Below are positions 53,744 to 62,097 of a stretch of 64,000 nt of DNA, one piece after another. This DNA is from Candidatus Woesearchaeota archaeon (GTDB lineage: Archaea; Nanobdellota; Nanobdellia; Pacearchaeales; GW2011-AR1). Positions within the stretch are counted from its first letter, which is position 1; every line of letters begins with the position of its first letter. The DNA is taken from positions 1,955-65,954 of the forward strand of contig CAZHOH010000003.1 in NCBI GenBank assembly GCA_964534185.1. Direction: 5' to 3'. The position numbers and the translations under genes were made by a program. The notes beneath the pieces are model-generated. The model had not been told where the DNA came from. It ran no database searches and was given only the letters and a program-made list of their open reading frames with translations.

Positions 53744-54223
53744 ATGAGTTACCAACCAGATGAAAAGATTATGAAAGAAGCAATAAGAATGGCCTATCTT
53801 GCAAGAGGAAAGGGGGATTATGCTATTGGGGCTTTAACTGTAAAAGATGGGAGAATATTTACCTTTGGAGAAAATAGAGTAAAAATAGACAATGATCCTA
53901 CAGCTCATGCTGAAATTGTAGCGATAAGAAAAGCCACAAAGATAGTTAGTTCAAGACACTTAGAGGGAATAGTTCTTTATTCAACTCACGAACCTTGTCC
54001 TATGTGCACCTCAGCAGCGATTTGGGCAAAAATGGATGGTATTGTTTCAGGAACATATATAGAAGACATGGCATCATATAGAAAATCTCATCCAAGTAGC
54101 CAATGGTTGTGGAGAACCATAGATGTTCCTCCTAGGTACATTGTAGATAATACAGAAGAAAACATGTTTTTAATAAGGGGATTTATGAGGGATGAGTGTT
54201 TAAAATTATTCTATTCTTCTTAA
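53744..54223 (+). CDS. CMP/dCMP-type zinc deaminase (TadA/guanine deaminase-like)
   Basis: HAEIVAIRKA and PCPMCTSAAIWA zinc-binding motifs. Confidence 0.8.
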   Translation: MSYQPDEKIMKEAIRMAYLARGKGDYAIGALTVKDGRIFTFGENRVKIDNDPTAHAEIVAIRKATKIVSSRHLEGIVLYSTHEPCPMCTSAAIWAKMDGIVSGTYIEDMASYRKSHPSSQWLWRTIDVPPRYIVDNTEENMFLIRGFMRDECLKLFYSS

Positions 54224-54560
54224 TTAATTCAATTTCATTAGAAAAATCTGATTCCTTCTTTTCCCATTCCTCATCAAATCTTTTTATAACTCTTATAGGT
54301 TTCTTGATTTTTATAGAATACAAAATCTCTTCTATTGTCCCTCTAGACAATCCAAAAAGCCAGATTTCATCACATATGTTAATTAGCTTCTTACAATACT
54401 CCATCGTTTCTTTTCTACCAATAACTCCAAACTCAAAACGTTCTAGAGGAAATGCTAATAGAGGGTTAAGGGGTGCACAATTTTTAGATCCTATATAGTC
54501 CATAATAGATCTAGATTTTTCATACATTCCTGAAGGTATTGCGCAATAGATTAATTTCAT
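54183..54560 (-). CDS. hypothetical protein, possibly nucleoside 2-deoxyribosyltransferase-like fold
   Basis: 125 aa; MKLIYCAIP...CDEIWLFG pattern is loosely reminiscent of the DUF4406/NDT-like family. Functional call is weak. Confidence 0.3.
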   Translation of the reverse strand: MKLIYCAIPSGMYEKSRSIMDYIGSKNCAPLNPLLAFPLERFEFGVIGRKETMEYCKKLINICDEIWLFGLSRGTIEEILYSIKIKKPIRVIKRFDEEWEKKESDFSNEIELIKKNRIILNTHPS

Positions 54561-54612
54561 GTAATATTATAAATCAATTAAGTTTATAAATTTCATTCTT
54601 TTTAGGAACTTT

Positions 54613-55158
54613 ATGGAAATAATATTCGCAACTGGAAATGAAAGCAAGATAAAAGAAGCATCTCATATACTAGGATTTGAAGTCAAGGGAATAAAGATAG
54701 ATATTCCCGAAATTCAAGACATTGAAGTAGATAATATTATAGAACATAAAGTCAAAAAAGCATATGAAATAGTAAAAAAGCCAATCATAATTGAAGATAC
54801 GGGGCTTTATTTTGAGGCGATGAATGGTTTTCCTGGGGCTCTTATTAAATGGGTTTTAAAATCTGTTAATAACGAAGGAGTTATAAAGATTCTTAAAAAT
54901 ATGGAACATTCAAGGGCATATGCAAAAACAAGCATAGGTTATTTTGACGGAAAAGAAATTCATATATTTAGTGGAACAATAAAAGGAGAAGTCTGTCAAG
55001 AACCAAGAGGAAAAAACGGATTTGGCTGGGACATGATTTTTCAGCCCGAGGGATATAATAAAACTTTTGCCGAGATGAGCGATGAAGAAAAAAACAAAAT
55101 TTCTATGAGAAAAATTGCTTTTGAGAAGCTGAGAGAATTTTTGAAAGAATTAGAGTAA
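54613..55158 (+). CDS. rdgB: non-canonical purine NTP pyrophosphatase (RdgB/HAM1/ITPase)
   Basis: IIFATGNESKIKEA ... EDTGLYFEAMNGFPGA ... GFGWDMIFQPEGYNKTFAEM...KNKISMRKIA. Confidence 0.85.
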   Translation: MEIIFATGNESKIKEASHILGFEVKGIKIDIPEIQDIEVDNIIEHKVKKAYEIVKKPIIIEDTGLYFEAMNGFPGALIKWVLKSVNNEGVIKILKNMEHSRAYAKTSIGYFDGKEIHIFSGTIKGEVCQEPRGKNGFGWDMIFQPEGYNKTFAEMSDEEKNKISMRKIAFEKLREFLKELE

Positions 55159-55218
55159 AGAATAAAGACTGGGAAATTAGACTTTTATGAGATGCTTAAA
55201 ATCCTTTGGGCAAAATTC

Positions 55219-55632
55219 TCATACACTAAGTCTAATCAAATTAAGCCATCTGTTTTCTCCCAATTCTAGATTAACTCCTGCTCTTTCAGAAGGAACTTCA
55301 TCGGTAGTAGAATGATTTTCTATAAAGTTATGTTGGATAACAATAGCAGTCATTAAGATTGGAGCAGACCACAAAGCTTTCAATCCTCTAAAATCTATAA
55401 CTCTATCTTTTATTTTCATAAAGACAGTTTCAATTCTGTAATTATGTATCTTTGTTTTTCTTACATTTTGGATTTTATGTTCAATAGTCAGACCACCTAA
55501 TTTATTGGAATAAAAGAGTTTTCTAAATGCTCTCGGATAGAAAACTCCTGCATCCGTTTGAATATATTTTGGCTTTCCTTTACCTATGAAATGAGGTATT
55601 TTATTCCGGTTGTTATAATAATTGAATTTATT
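55219..55632 (-). pseudogene. 5'-truncated IS6-family-like DDE transposase remnant
   Basis: Frame open for 137 codons with no ATG/GTG/TTG before codon 72. Translation ...GKPKYIQTDAGVFYPRAF...NYRIETVFMKIKDR...IQHNFIENH...PSERAGVNLELGENRWLNLI matches the second Asp, the Glu and the C-terminal part of IS6-type transposases. The N-terminal HTH and first Asp are missing. Confidence 0.55.
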
Positions 55633-55938
55633 TTATTCCGGTTGTTGGTTAATAGGGTTTTTGATATACCTACAAGTTTGGGAAAATCTTTTTTGATTGT
55701 TTTGGGTGCGAATATTGTAACATCTTTAATCGGTATATTTATTCCTATTGCTGATTTTTCTTTCAATTTATTTGTATTTCTTTTTGCTGGAACCCTTGTA
55801 ATTGAATGGTTGTTTTTTGTTTTATTCTTTTGGAAGGCAAATGTGAAGAGATTAAATCTTTTGTATATTTCAATAATTATTAACTTTGCGAGTTATTTAC
55901 TTTTGTATGTGGTTTTTAGATTTTTTGCTTATACTTAG
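55558..55938 (+). CDS. questionable membrane-protein ORF overlapping the transposase remnant
   Basis: 126-aa hydrophobic ORF starting at TTG; ends exactly at the right direct repeat. May be spurious or a damaged native gene. Confidence 0.3.
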   Translation: MNIFWLSFTYEMRYFIPVVIIIEFILFRLLVNRVFDIPTSLGKSFLIVLGANIVTSLIGIFIPIADFSFNLFVFLFAGTLVIEWLFFVLFFWKANVKRLNLLYISIIINFASYLLLYVVFRFFAYT

Positions 55939-55979
55939 TTAATTTATTAAATGTGGTTTGCGTGTTCTTGGGATGGTAG
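55931..55979 (+). repeat. direct repeat, right copy (promoter plus start codon of RNase Z)
   Basis: See 52021-52072. Confidence 0.85.
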
Positions 55980-56860
55980 AAGTTGTTTTGCTTGGGAGTG
56001 GGAGTGCTGTTCCGACTGCTAAAAGAAACCATATTGGAATTTTTATGAAGTATGGAGCTGAGGCTATGTTGTTTGATTGTGGCGAAGGAATTCAGAGGCA
56101 GTTTAGGAAAGCTAAGATAAATATGTCAAAACTTACTCGGATTTTTATTACTCACTGGCATGGAGATCATGTTTTAGGAATTCCAGGATTATTACAGAGT
56201 CTTCATTTTAATGGTTATTCTCGGAAATTGAAAATTTATGGGCCTGTTGGAACTAAAAGATATTTAGAAAAGATGCTGGATTTGTTTGATAGTATTGGTG
56301 GGTTGGATATTGAGATTAATGAGGTGTCTGGCGGGAAGGTTGTTGATAAAAAGAATTTTGAAGTTGTTGCTAGAGAAGTGAAGCATGGAAGTAAATGTTT
56401 GGCTTATTCTTTTGTTGAAAAGGATAGACTAAGGTTGGATAAAAGGAAGGTGAAAGGTTTGCCCCATAGTCCGAAACTTGCTTTGTTGCAACAGGGGAAG
56501 AATGTTGTTATTGAGGGTAAAAAGTTGAAAGCTAAGGATGTGACATACGAGGTGAAAGGTAAGAAGGTTTCGATTGTTTTAGATACTGCTTATTTTAAAG
56601 AGCTTGCGAGTTTTGTGAAAGGAAGTGATTTGCTTATTATTGAGTCTACTTATTTTGATGAGGAGGATTTGGCTAAGGAGTATAAGCATATGACTGTTGG
56701 CGAGGCTGTTGGTATTGCTAAAAGTGCAAAGGTTGGGAAGGCAGTTCTTGTGCATATTAGTCAGAAGCATGCCGCAAATGAAAAAGAGATTTTGAAAAGT
56801 GCCAAAGCGAAATTTAAGAATGTTGTTCTTGGGAATGATCTTGATAAGTTCGAGGTTTGA
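55973..56860 (+). CDS. rnz: ribonuclease Z (tRNA 3' endonuclease)
   Basis: LGSGSAVPT start pattern, HWHGDH metallo-beta-lactamase motif, C-terminal HIS. ATG 55973 preferred over the track TTG at 55958. Confidence 0.85.
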   Translation: MVEVVLLGSGSAVPTAKRNHIGIFMKYGAEAMLFDCGEGIQRQFRKAKINMSKLTRIFITHWHGDHVLGIPGLLQSLHFNGYSRKLKIYGPVGTKRYLEKMLDLFDSIGGLDIEINEVSGGKVVDKKNFEVVAREVKHGSKCLAYSFVEKDRLRLDKRKVKGLPHSPKLALLQQGKNVVIEGKKLKAKDVTYEVKGKKVSIVLDTAYFKELASFVKGSDLLIIESTYFDEEDLAKEYKHMTVGEAVGIAKSAKVGKAVLVHISQKHAANEKEILKSAKAKFKNVVLGNDLDKFEV

Positions 56861-56920
56861 TTTTTTGCTCGTTGATTAGTTCAAAACGTTTATATAGGGA
56901 TTTCTTTTTGATAATTTTAA

Positions 56921-56995
56921 GGACTCGTAGCTCAGCCTGGATAGAGCGATAGCCTTCTAAGCTATAGGTCGCAGGTTCGAATCCTGTCGAGTCCG
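56921..56995 (+). tRNA. tRNA-Arg (anticodon UCU)
   Basis: GGACTCG acceptor, D arm GCTC-AGCCTGGATA-GAGC, anticodon stem ATAGC/GCTAT with loop CTTCTAA, T arm GCAGG-TTCGAAT-CCTGT. Confidence 0.9.
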
Positions 56996-57002
56996 TTTTA
57001 TT

Positions 57003-57413
57003 TTAATAGAAGGAAAGAATTAATGCCTGTATTATTCCGATGATTAGACCTAAAACTGCTCCTGAAAATTGGATGAATTTTAGTTCTTTGTTTGCTACGT
57101 TTTCGACGATGTTTTGGATTTCTTGGTTTGACATTTGCGAAACTTTTTTTGATATTTCGCTTTGGATGTAGTTTGTTATTTGTTTTCCTATGATTGGGGT
57201 TTTAGAAAGTTTTTCGATTTTTGGAGGGAGTATGGAGAGACTGGCTTGTGCGATTTTTTCTGCGAGTTTTTGTTTTCTTCGTGGGATTAATCCCTGAATT
57301 CCTAAGACTTTTTTTTGCGGAATGAAAAGAAGTTTTATTGCTATGTAATTTGTGAGCCAGCCAATTATTAGTCCGGTTAGTGGGAGGATGATGAAAAGTT
57401 TTAAGTCTAGCAT
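57003..57413 (-). CDS. DUF445-like membrane protein
   Basis: IIGWLTNYIAIKLLFIPQKKVLGIQGLIPRRKQKLAEKIA pattern plus a C-terminal TM. Confidence 0.55.
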   Translation of the reverse strand: MLDLKLFIILPLTGLIIGWLTNYIAIKLLFIPQKKVLGIQGLIPRRKQKLAEKIAQASLSILPPKIEKLSKTPIIGKQITNYIQSEISKKVSQMSNQEIQNIVENVANKELKFIQFSGAVLGLIIGIIQALILSFY

Positions 57414-57493
57414 TTTATTGTGAGTGTTTATTGATTAAAAAATGTTTGTTTTAGAAACATTAAATTTATTAACTTTAGTTTTGTGAGATTATT

Positions 57494-57763
57494 ATGGATT
57501 ATAGAAGTAATATTTCTAATAGGGTTTTTTATTCTCCTGCTGATGAAGGAGGGGGTTTTTCACATCAATCATTAAGAGAGCAACAATATAGTGTGGAAGA
57601 AGAATTTTTTGGATATTATCCTGAATCTGGACAAAAAGAAATACCTTTGAAAGCCTTGGATGATATTGGAGGTATACAGCGACTAAATGCTCATGTAAGG
57701 GAGGTTGCTATTGGAGAAGCAATTTCTGCCCAGCGATTATCTAACTTACGTTTTATTGGATAA
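57494..57763 (+). CDS. hypothetical protein
   Basis: 89-aa ORF, no motif recognised. Confidence 0.4.
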   Translation: MDYRSNISNRVFYSPADEGGGFSHQSLREQQYSVEEEFFGYYPESGQKEIPLKALDDIGGIQRLNAHVREVAIGEAISAQRLSNLRFIG

Positions 57764-57786
57764 ATCTGCTTTGAATTTAATTTGTT

Positions 57787-58116
57787 TTAGAAAGGTATTT
57801 TTTTAATTGGATTGTATGCCCAGTTTCTTAGTGAGATGTCTCTTTTGCTTAATGGGATTTCTTTGCTGACGTGTTTTCCGTTTTTTGCTTTTTTCATTCT
57901 TGCATTGAATGAAATTGTTTTTTTAGCATTTTTGATGTCTTGTGAAGTCCATTTTGATTTTGGTTTTTTTAGTAGTTTTAGATTTCTGTTTATTGGTGCT
58001 CTTGAAAGGCTTGCTTTTTTTGACCAAGGATTTGCAGCCCATTTTTTTAATTGAGAGTAAGTCATGTTTACTGAGTTCTTGTATTTTTTGTAAATTTTGT
58101 CCAGCTCTTTTTCCAT
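57787..58116 (-). CDS. hypothetical basic protein
   Basis: 109 aa, Lys-rich, W-containing repeats (KKWAANPWSKK...RNWAYNP). Confidence 0.45.
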   Translation of the reverse strand: MEKELDKIYKKYKNSVNMTYSQLKKWAANPWSKKASLSRAPINRNLKLLKKPKSKWTSQDIKNAKKTISFNARMKKAKNGKHVSKEIPLSKRDISLRNWAYNPIKKIPF

Positions 58117-58190
58117 TTTATTATATGTCTTTAAGAGTTAAAAATGTTTGTTTTAGAAACACTTAAATAAAATTTTTACTTTTTTTGATT

Positions 58191-58769
58191 ATGAAATTGA
58201 GAGTTGTGGTTGTTTATGGTTCTGTTCGAGATGAAAGGCAGGGCATTAAAGCTGCGAAGTTTGTTGTTAGGGCTTTGAAAAAGAGAAAGCATGATGTTGA
58301 TTTTATTGACCCGCTTGTTTATGATTTGCCTTTGTTAAAGAAGATGTATAAGAGTTATGAAAAAGGCAAGGCGCCTGAGGTTTTGGAGAGGTTGTCTGAG
58401 ATTTTTAAGAATGCAGATGCGGTTGTGGTTGTGAGTGGAGAGTATAATCATAGTATTCCTCCTGCTTTGTCTAATTTGCTTGACCATTTTTTAGAAGAGT
58501 ATTCTTGGAAGCCGTCTGGGATTGTTTGTTATTCTGGTGGGGGTTTTGGAGGGGTTCGAGCTGCTATGCAATTGAGAGCTATGCTTGCAGAAATGGGAAT
58601 GTCTTCTATCCCAAGTATTATGTCTGTTCCAAATGTTAAAGATAGTTTTGATGATGAAGGAAATCCAAAAGATAAAGAGTATAATAGAAGAATAAAGAAG
58701 TTTTTAGATGAATTGGAGTGGTATGCTAAATCTTTGAAAGTGCAGAGGAAAAAAGGAGTTCCTTATTAG
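58191..58769 (+). CDS. NAD(P)H-dependent FMN reductase family protein
   Basis: VVVVYGSVRDERQG..., VVVSGEYNHSIPPALSNLLD pattern. ATG 58191 is about 25 nt from ttaaataa. Confidence 0.75.
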   Translation: MKLRVVVVYGSVRDERQGIKAAKFVVRALKKRKHDVDFIDPLVYDLPLLKKMYKSYEKGKAPEVLERLSEIFKNADAVVVVSGEYNHSIPPALSNLLDHFLEEYSWKPSGIVCYSGGGFGGVRAAMQLRAMLAEMGMSSIPSIMSVPNVKDSFDDEGNPKDKEYNRRIKKFLDELEWYAKSLKVQRKKGVPY

Positions 58770-58808
58770 CATACAAAAAAATAAATATTCTTTTTGTTTT
58801 ATTTTTCT

Positions 58809-59123
58809 ATGGTTTGGGGTTTGTCTTCTGCTGAAAGAGATATTGTGAAGGATTTAGCTTATGTTTTTTTGGTTAAGCGTGTTTTTGAAAGAGAGGGATT
58901 TTTTAGTAGAGAGATTTTTGATGGTGAGAGGGCACATATTACAAAACAAGTAGATGTTGGTTCTAATGAAGAGGTTTATCATACTTATTGTGGTTCTGAG
59001 TTGAAAATTGATGAGGATTCTTTGCCCTTTGAAGCAGCTTTTAGAGAGGTTGTTTTGAAAGGAGTTTATGTTTGTCCGCATTGTGTTAGGAGCTATATTA
59101 ATCTTAATTCGTTCAATTTATAA
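58809..59123 (+). CDS. hypothetical protein
   Basis: ATG 58809 about 25 nt after aaataaatatt; C-terminal CxxC (CPHC). Confidence 0.4.
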   Translation: MVWGLSSAERDIVKDLAYVFLVKRVFEREGFFSREIFDGERAHITKQVDVGSNEEVYHTYCGSELKIDEDSLPFEAAFREVVLKGVYVCPHCVRSYINLNSFNL

Positions 59124-59145
59124 ATATTGGATTGCTTTATTTTTG

Positions 59146-59757
59146 ATGCAAGGGGTGAGAAGGTTAGAGCCGAGAGTTAGCAGGAAGCAAGTTTATAATC
59201 AAGGTTATGTTATAACTGCCATTGTTTTTGGTTTGGTTTTTATTGGGGTTTTTGCTTTTGCAGTTTATTCTCTTGGGTTGAATGGGGTGCTGGCTTTTGT
59301 TCTTGGAGTTAGTATTGTTGTTATTTATGCTGTGCTTTTATTTTTTCTTTTAGAGCCGAGTTTGATGACTGAAGTTGTTAATCGGGAGATTCGGGAATTT
59401 GAAAAGCCGGTGATTAAAGAGGTTATTAAGCCAGTTGAAGTTGTTAAGACTATTGAAAAGCCGGTTGTTAAGTATGTTGACAGGCCTGTTTATGTTCCAA
59501 AGCCGAGGAAGAAGACTAAGTCGGTTCACTATAAATTTGTTGGAAGTTCAAATACAAAAGTTTATCATTCGACTCGTTCGCGTCTGGCGCGTTTGATAAA
59601 GTATAGCAATAGGGTTTATGGTAATACTCATGAGTTTTTTAAGGCGAGAGGTTTTCATCCTGCGAAGCATTTGATTGATAAGATGTCTAATGAAAAAAGG
59701 AAGAAGGCATTGAAGAAGTATAGGCAAAGGAAAAAGAAAGAAAAGAATTCTGGATAA
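59146..59757 (+). CDS. membrane protein with basic C-terminal domain
   Basis: ATG 59146 about 26 nt after tttataaa (59117-59124); two TM helices; KPV-repeat region; Lys-rich tail. Confidence 0.45.
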   Translation: MQGVRRLEPRVSRKQVYNQGYVITAIVFGLVFIGVFAFAVYSLGLNGVLAFVLGVSIVVIYAVLLFFLLEPSLMTEVVNREIREFEKPVIKEVIKPVEVVKTIEKPVVKYVDRPVYVPKPRKKTKSVHYKFVGSSNTKVYHSTRSRLARLIKYSNRVYGNTHEFFKARGFHPAKHLIDKMSNEKRKKALKKYRQRKKKEKNSG

Positions 59758-59790
59758 GATTTAAATAAGAAGTATAAGTCGTATTTTTAT

Positions 59791-59863
59791 GCGGGGGTGG
59801 CACAGCGGCTACTGCGTTCGCCTGCAGAGCGAATTTTCCCGGGTTCGAGTCCCGGTCCCCGCT
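59791..59863 (+). tRNA. tRNA-Cys (anticodon GCA)
   Basis: GCGGGGG acceptor, anticodon stem TTCGC/GCGAA with loop CTGCAGA, T arm CCGGG-TTCGAGT-CCCGG, discriminator U. Confidence 0.9.
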
Positions 59864-60099
59864 TATTGTCTTCGGAGTTTTTTCTTGTAATGTTTTTCAA
59901 TTCCTAAAAGAATTGCTGCTAGAATTATAATTCCAAAAATTGTGTAGATTGTTTTGTTGTTTGCGATTGTTTGTGTGAATGTATCTTGGAGGTTGATTAC
60001 TGAACTTGTTATGACTTGTGTGTTTTCTAGTGGGAGAATTATTGCTACTAGAAGGGTTATGAAGATTAGGAAGATGAATAAATGAATGTGGTGTTTCAT
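59863..60099 (-). CDS. small two-helix membrane protein
   Basis: 78 aa; its stop codon shares one base with the tRNA-Cys 3' end. Confidence 0.4.
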   Translation of the reverse strand: MKHHIHLFIFLIFITLLVAIILPLENTQVITSSVINLQDTFTQTIANNKTIYTIFGIIILAAILLGIEKHYKKKLRRQ

Positions 60100-60179
60100 G
60101 ATTTTATTAGGTTTTTGATTTATTTAAATATTGTTAAATGTTGGAAAAAATATAAAAAAGAGTTTCTGTTATTTATATT

Positions 60180-60380
60180 ATGAAAGTTAAACTCATTAGG
60201 TTAGAACAAGAGAAATCAGATCTTTTTGATGTGGAGAATTCAATAAATAAGGAGCTTGAAATTTTGATTTCTAAAAATCCTCAGATTAAGGATATTAAAC
60301 TTAGCGTTGTTAGAGATGTTCCTCCAGAGCATGAAACATCCAAATCTTATGCTCTTACTGTAATGATAATTTATGAATGA
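60180..60380 (+). CDS. hypothetical protein
   Basis: 66-aa ORF; TATA-like aaatataaaaaag upstream. Confidence 0.35.
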   Translation: MKVKLIRLEQEKSDLFDVENSINKELEILISKNPQIKDIKLSVVRDVPPEHETSKSYALTVMIIYE

Positions 60381-60459
60381 TTTTAATTTTACATGAATTT
60401 TTATAGTTTTAAATTATATAAATTTAGTAAATAGAAATTATAAAGATAAAATTTATTTT

Positions 60460-60897
60460 TTATAGGTTTTCTTTTATTTTTGATATTATGGCTTGAAAGA
60501 CTTTATCATTTACTTGTTTATCCTTTAGTCTGTCATAATGATATCCAAATTTTTCGTCAATAAATTTCTCACCCATATAAAACACAGGCTTTCTATATCT
60601 AGGTCTAAAATGAAAATGAACATGGGGTTTAGGATTTTTTATTTTTGGTTTAAACGCATTATTCATTAAACAAGACCAGTTAAACATTTCTGCTTCAAAT
60701 GATTTTTTTAGAGCCTTTTCTAATTTGATTATTATGTTTTTGTGTAAATCTTCCCATTCTTTAGGGGTAAGATGGGAAAGTTGGCCGCAATCTCTTTTGA
60801 TGTCAATAACGCATCTCCCTATTTCATATTGGTTATCAGCTAATTTAACAATCCAGTACTTTGTTTCATAAATAACGTTATCTTTCATATTATTCAA
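60460..60897 (-). CDS. HIT-family hydrolase
   Basis: Intact histidine triad PHVHFHFRPRY. Confidence 0.7.
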   Translation of the reverse strand: MNNMKDNVIYETKYWIVKLADNQYEIGRCVIDIKRDCGQLSHLTPKEWEDLHKNIIIKLEKALKKSFEAEMFNWSCLMNNAFKPKIKNPKPHVHFHFRPRYRKPVFYMGEKFIDEKFGYHYDRLKDKQVNDKVFQAIISKIKENL

Positions 60898-60924
60898 CTA
60901 AGGGTATTGTAATTTAAGTTTTTT

Positions 60925-61119
60925 ATGGTTCTTGTTAGTAGGAAAATATTTAAGTTTGATTGTTTTTGTTTTATTATGGTAATTGAGATTATTGATAGTT
61001 TTTTGTCTGTGATTTTGTTAGTTGGATTTTTTGTTTTTGCAGGTTATCGGTTTAAGAGGATTCGTGAGCTTAGGAAGAGGTATAAGACAAGGCAGAGGGC
61101 GTTTTATTTTATAGAATGA
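60925..61119 (+). CDS. small membrane protein
   Basis: 64 aa, one or two helices, basic tail; stop overlaps the next start (ATGA). Confidence 0.35.
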   Translation: MVLVSRKIFKFDCFCFIMVIEIIDSFLSVILLVGFFVFAGYRFKRIRELRKRYKTRQRAFYFIE

Positions 61120-61532
61120 AGATTTATACAAAGTATCTTAATATGAGGACTAAAGAAAGGATTGAGTTTGTTAATTTGACTTCTGATGTGGCAAAGATTG
61201 TGCGTGAGTCTGGGGTTCGTGCTGGAATTGTGTTGATTAATCCGATGCATATAACTGCTTCAATTTTTATTAATGATAATGAAAGTGGGTTGATTTCGGA
61301 TTTTAAGGATTGGCTTTCAAAATTGGCTCCACAGGATTTTGATTATAAGCATCATCAGACTGGAGAGGATAATGGGTTTGCGCATTTGTGGAGGACGATT
61401 ATGGGGCGGGAGGTTGTTGTTAGTGTGAGTGGAGGTGAACTGGATTTTGGGCCGTGGGAAGAAATTTTTTATGGAGAGTTTGATGGGAAAAGGGATAAGA
61501 GAATTTTGATTAAAGTTATGGGGAATGATTAG
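61116..61532 (+). CDS. YjbQ/UPF0047 family (secondary thiamine-phosphate synthase) protein
   Basis: [18 protein letters not shown]...DYKHH...NGFAHL...[16 protein letters not shown]. Confidence 0.8.
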   Translation: MKIYTKYLNMRTKERIEFVNLTSDVAKIVRESGVRAGIVLINPMHITASIFINDNESGLISDFKDWLSKLAPQDFDYKHHQTGEDNGFAHLWRTIMGREVVVSVSGGELDFGPWEEIFYGEFDGKRDKRILIKVMGND

Positions 61533-61571
61533 TATAGGTAATTTTATATAATTTAATTGTTAATGATTTTT

Positions 61572-62063
61572 ATGTATGATTCAAAAAAGGCGCATTATCT
61601 TGTTGCTACTGTGATTTTGGTGAAGGATGGGAAGTTTTTGATTACAAAGAGAGCGCCGACTGAAAAAGCTTTTCCGAATCTTTGGACTGTTCCTGGCGGG
61701 AAGATTGAAACTGATGATTATGTTAATCGTCCTAAAGATACCTCTGCTCATTGGTATAATATTTTTGAAGATGCTTTGAAGCGCGAGGTTAAAGAAGAGA
61801 TTGGTGTTGATATTAAAAATGCCCAGTATTTGACGAGTCTTTCTTATATGCGTGAGGATAATATTCCTACTGTAATTCTAAGTTTTTTCTCAGATAGTCA
61901 TGAGGGTGAGATTAATCTTTGTCCTGCACTTACTGAGCATGCATGGGTTAGTCTTGAAGAAGCGAAAAATTATGAATTAATTGAAGGAATTTATGAAGAG
62001 TTGGAAATGCTTGACAGGGTTTTGAAAGGTATGGGGGCGGGGGTTTGGGAAAAGAATTCTTAA
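61572..62063 (+). CDS. NUDIX hydrolase
   Basis: Nudix box GGKIETDD...ALKREVKEEIGVD. ATG 61572 is 25 nt from tttatata (61543-61550). Confidence 0.8.
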   Translation: MYDSKKAHYLVATVILVKDGKFLITKRAPTEKAFPNLWTVPGGKIETDDYVNRPKDTSAHWYNIFEDALKREVKEEIGVDIKNAQYLTSLSYMREDNIPTVILSFFSDSHEGEINLCPALTEHAWVSLEEAKNYELIEGIYEELEMLDRVLKGMGAGVWEKNS

Positions 62064-62097
62064 TAAAATTTAAATAAGGTTTGTAGTTAGTAATTTT

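Larger units (their letters stand above)
52021..55979. mobile_element. putative inserted/duplicated 3.9-kb cassette bounded by ~50-bp direct repeats
   Basis: Direct repeats at both ends; internal genes lack the window-wide G+T excess of the + strand; truncated IS6-like transposase at the right end. Confidence 0.4.
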
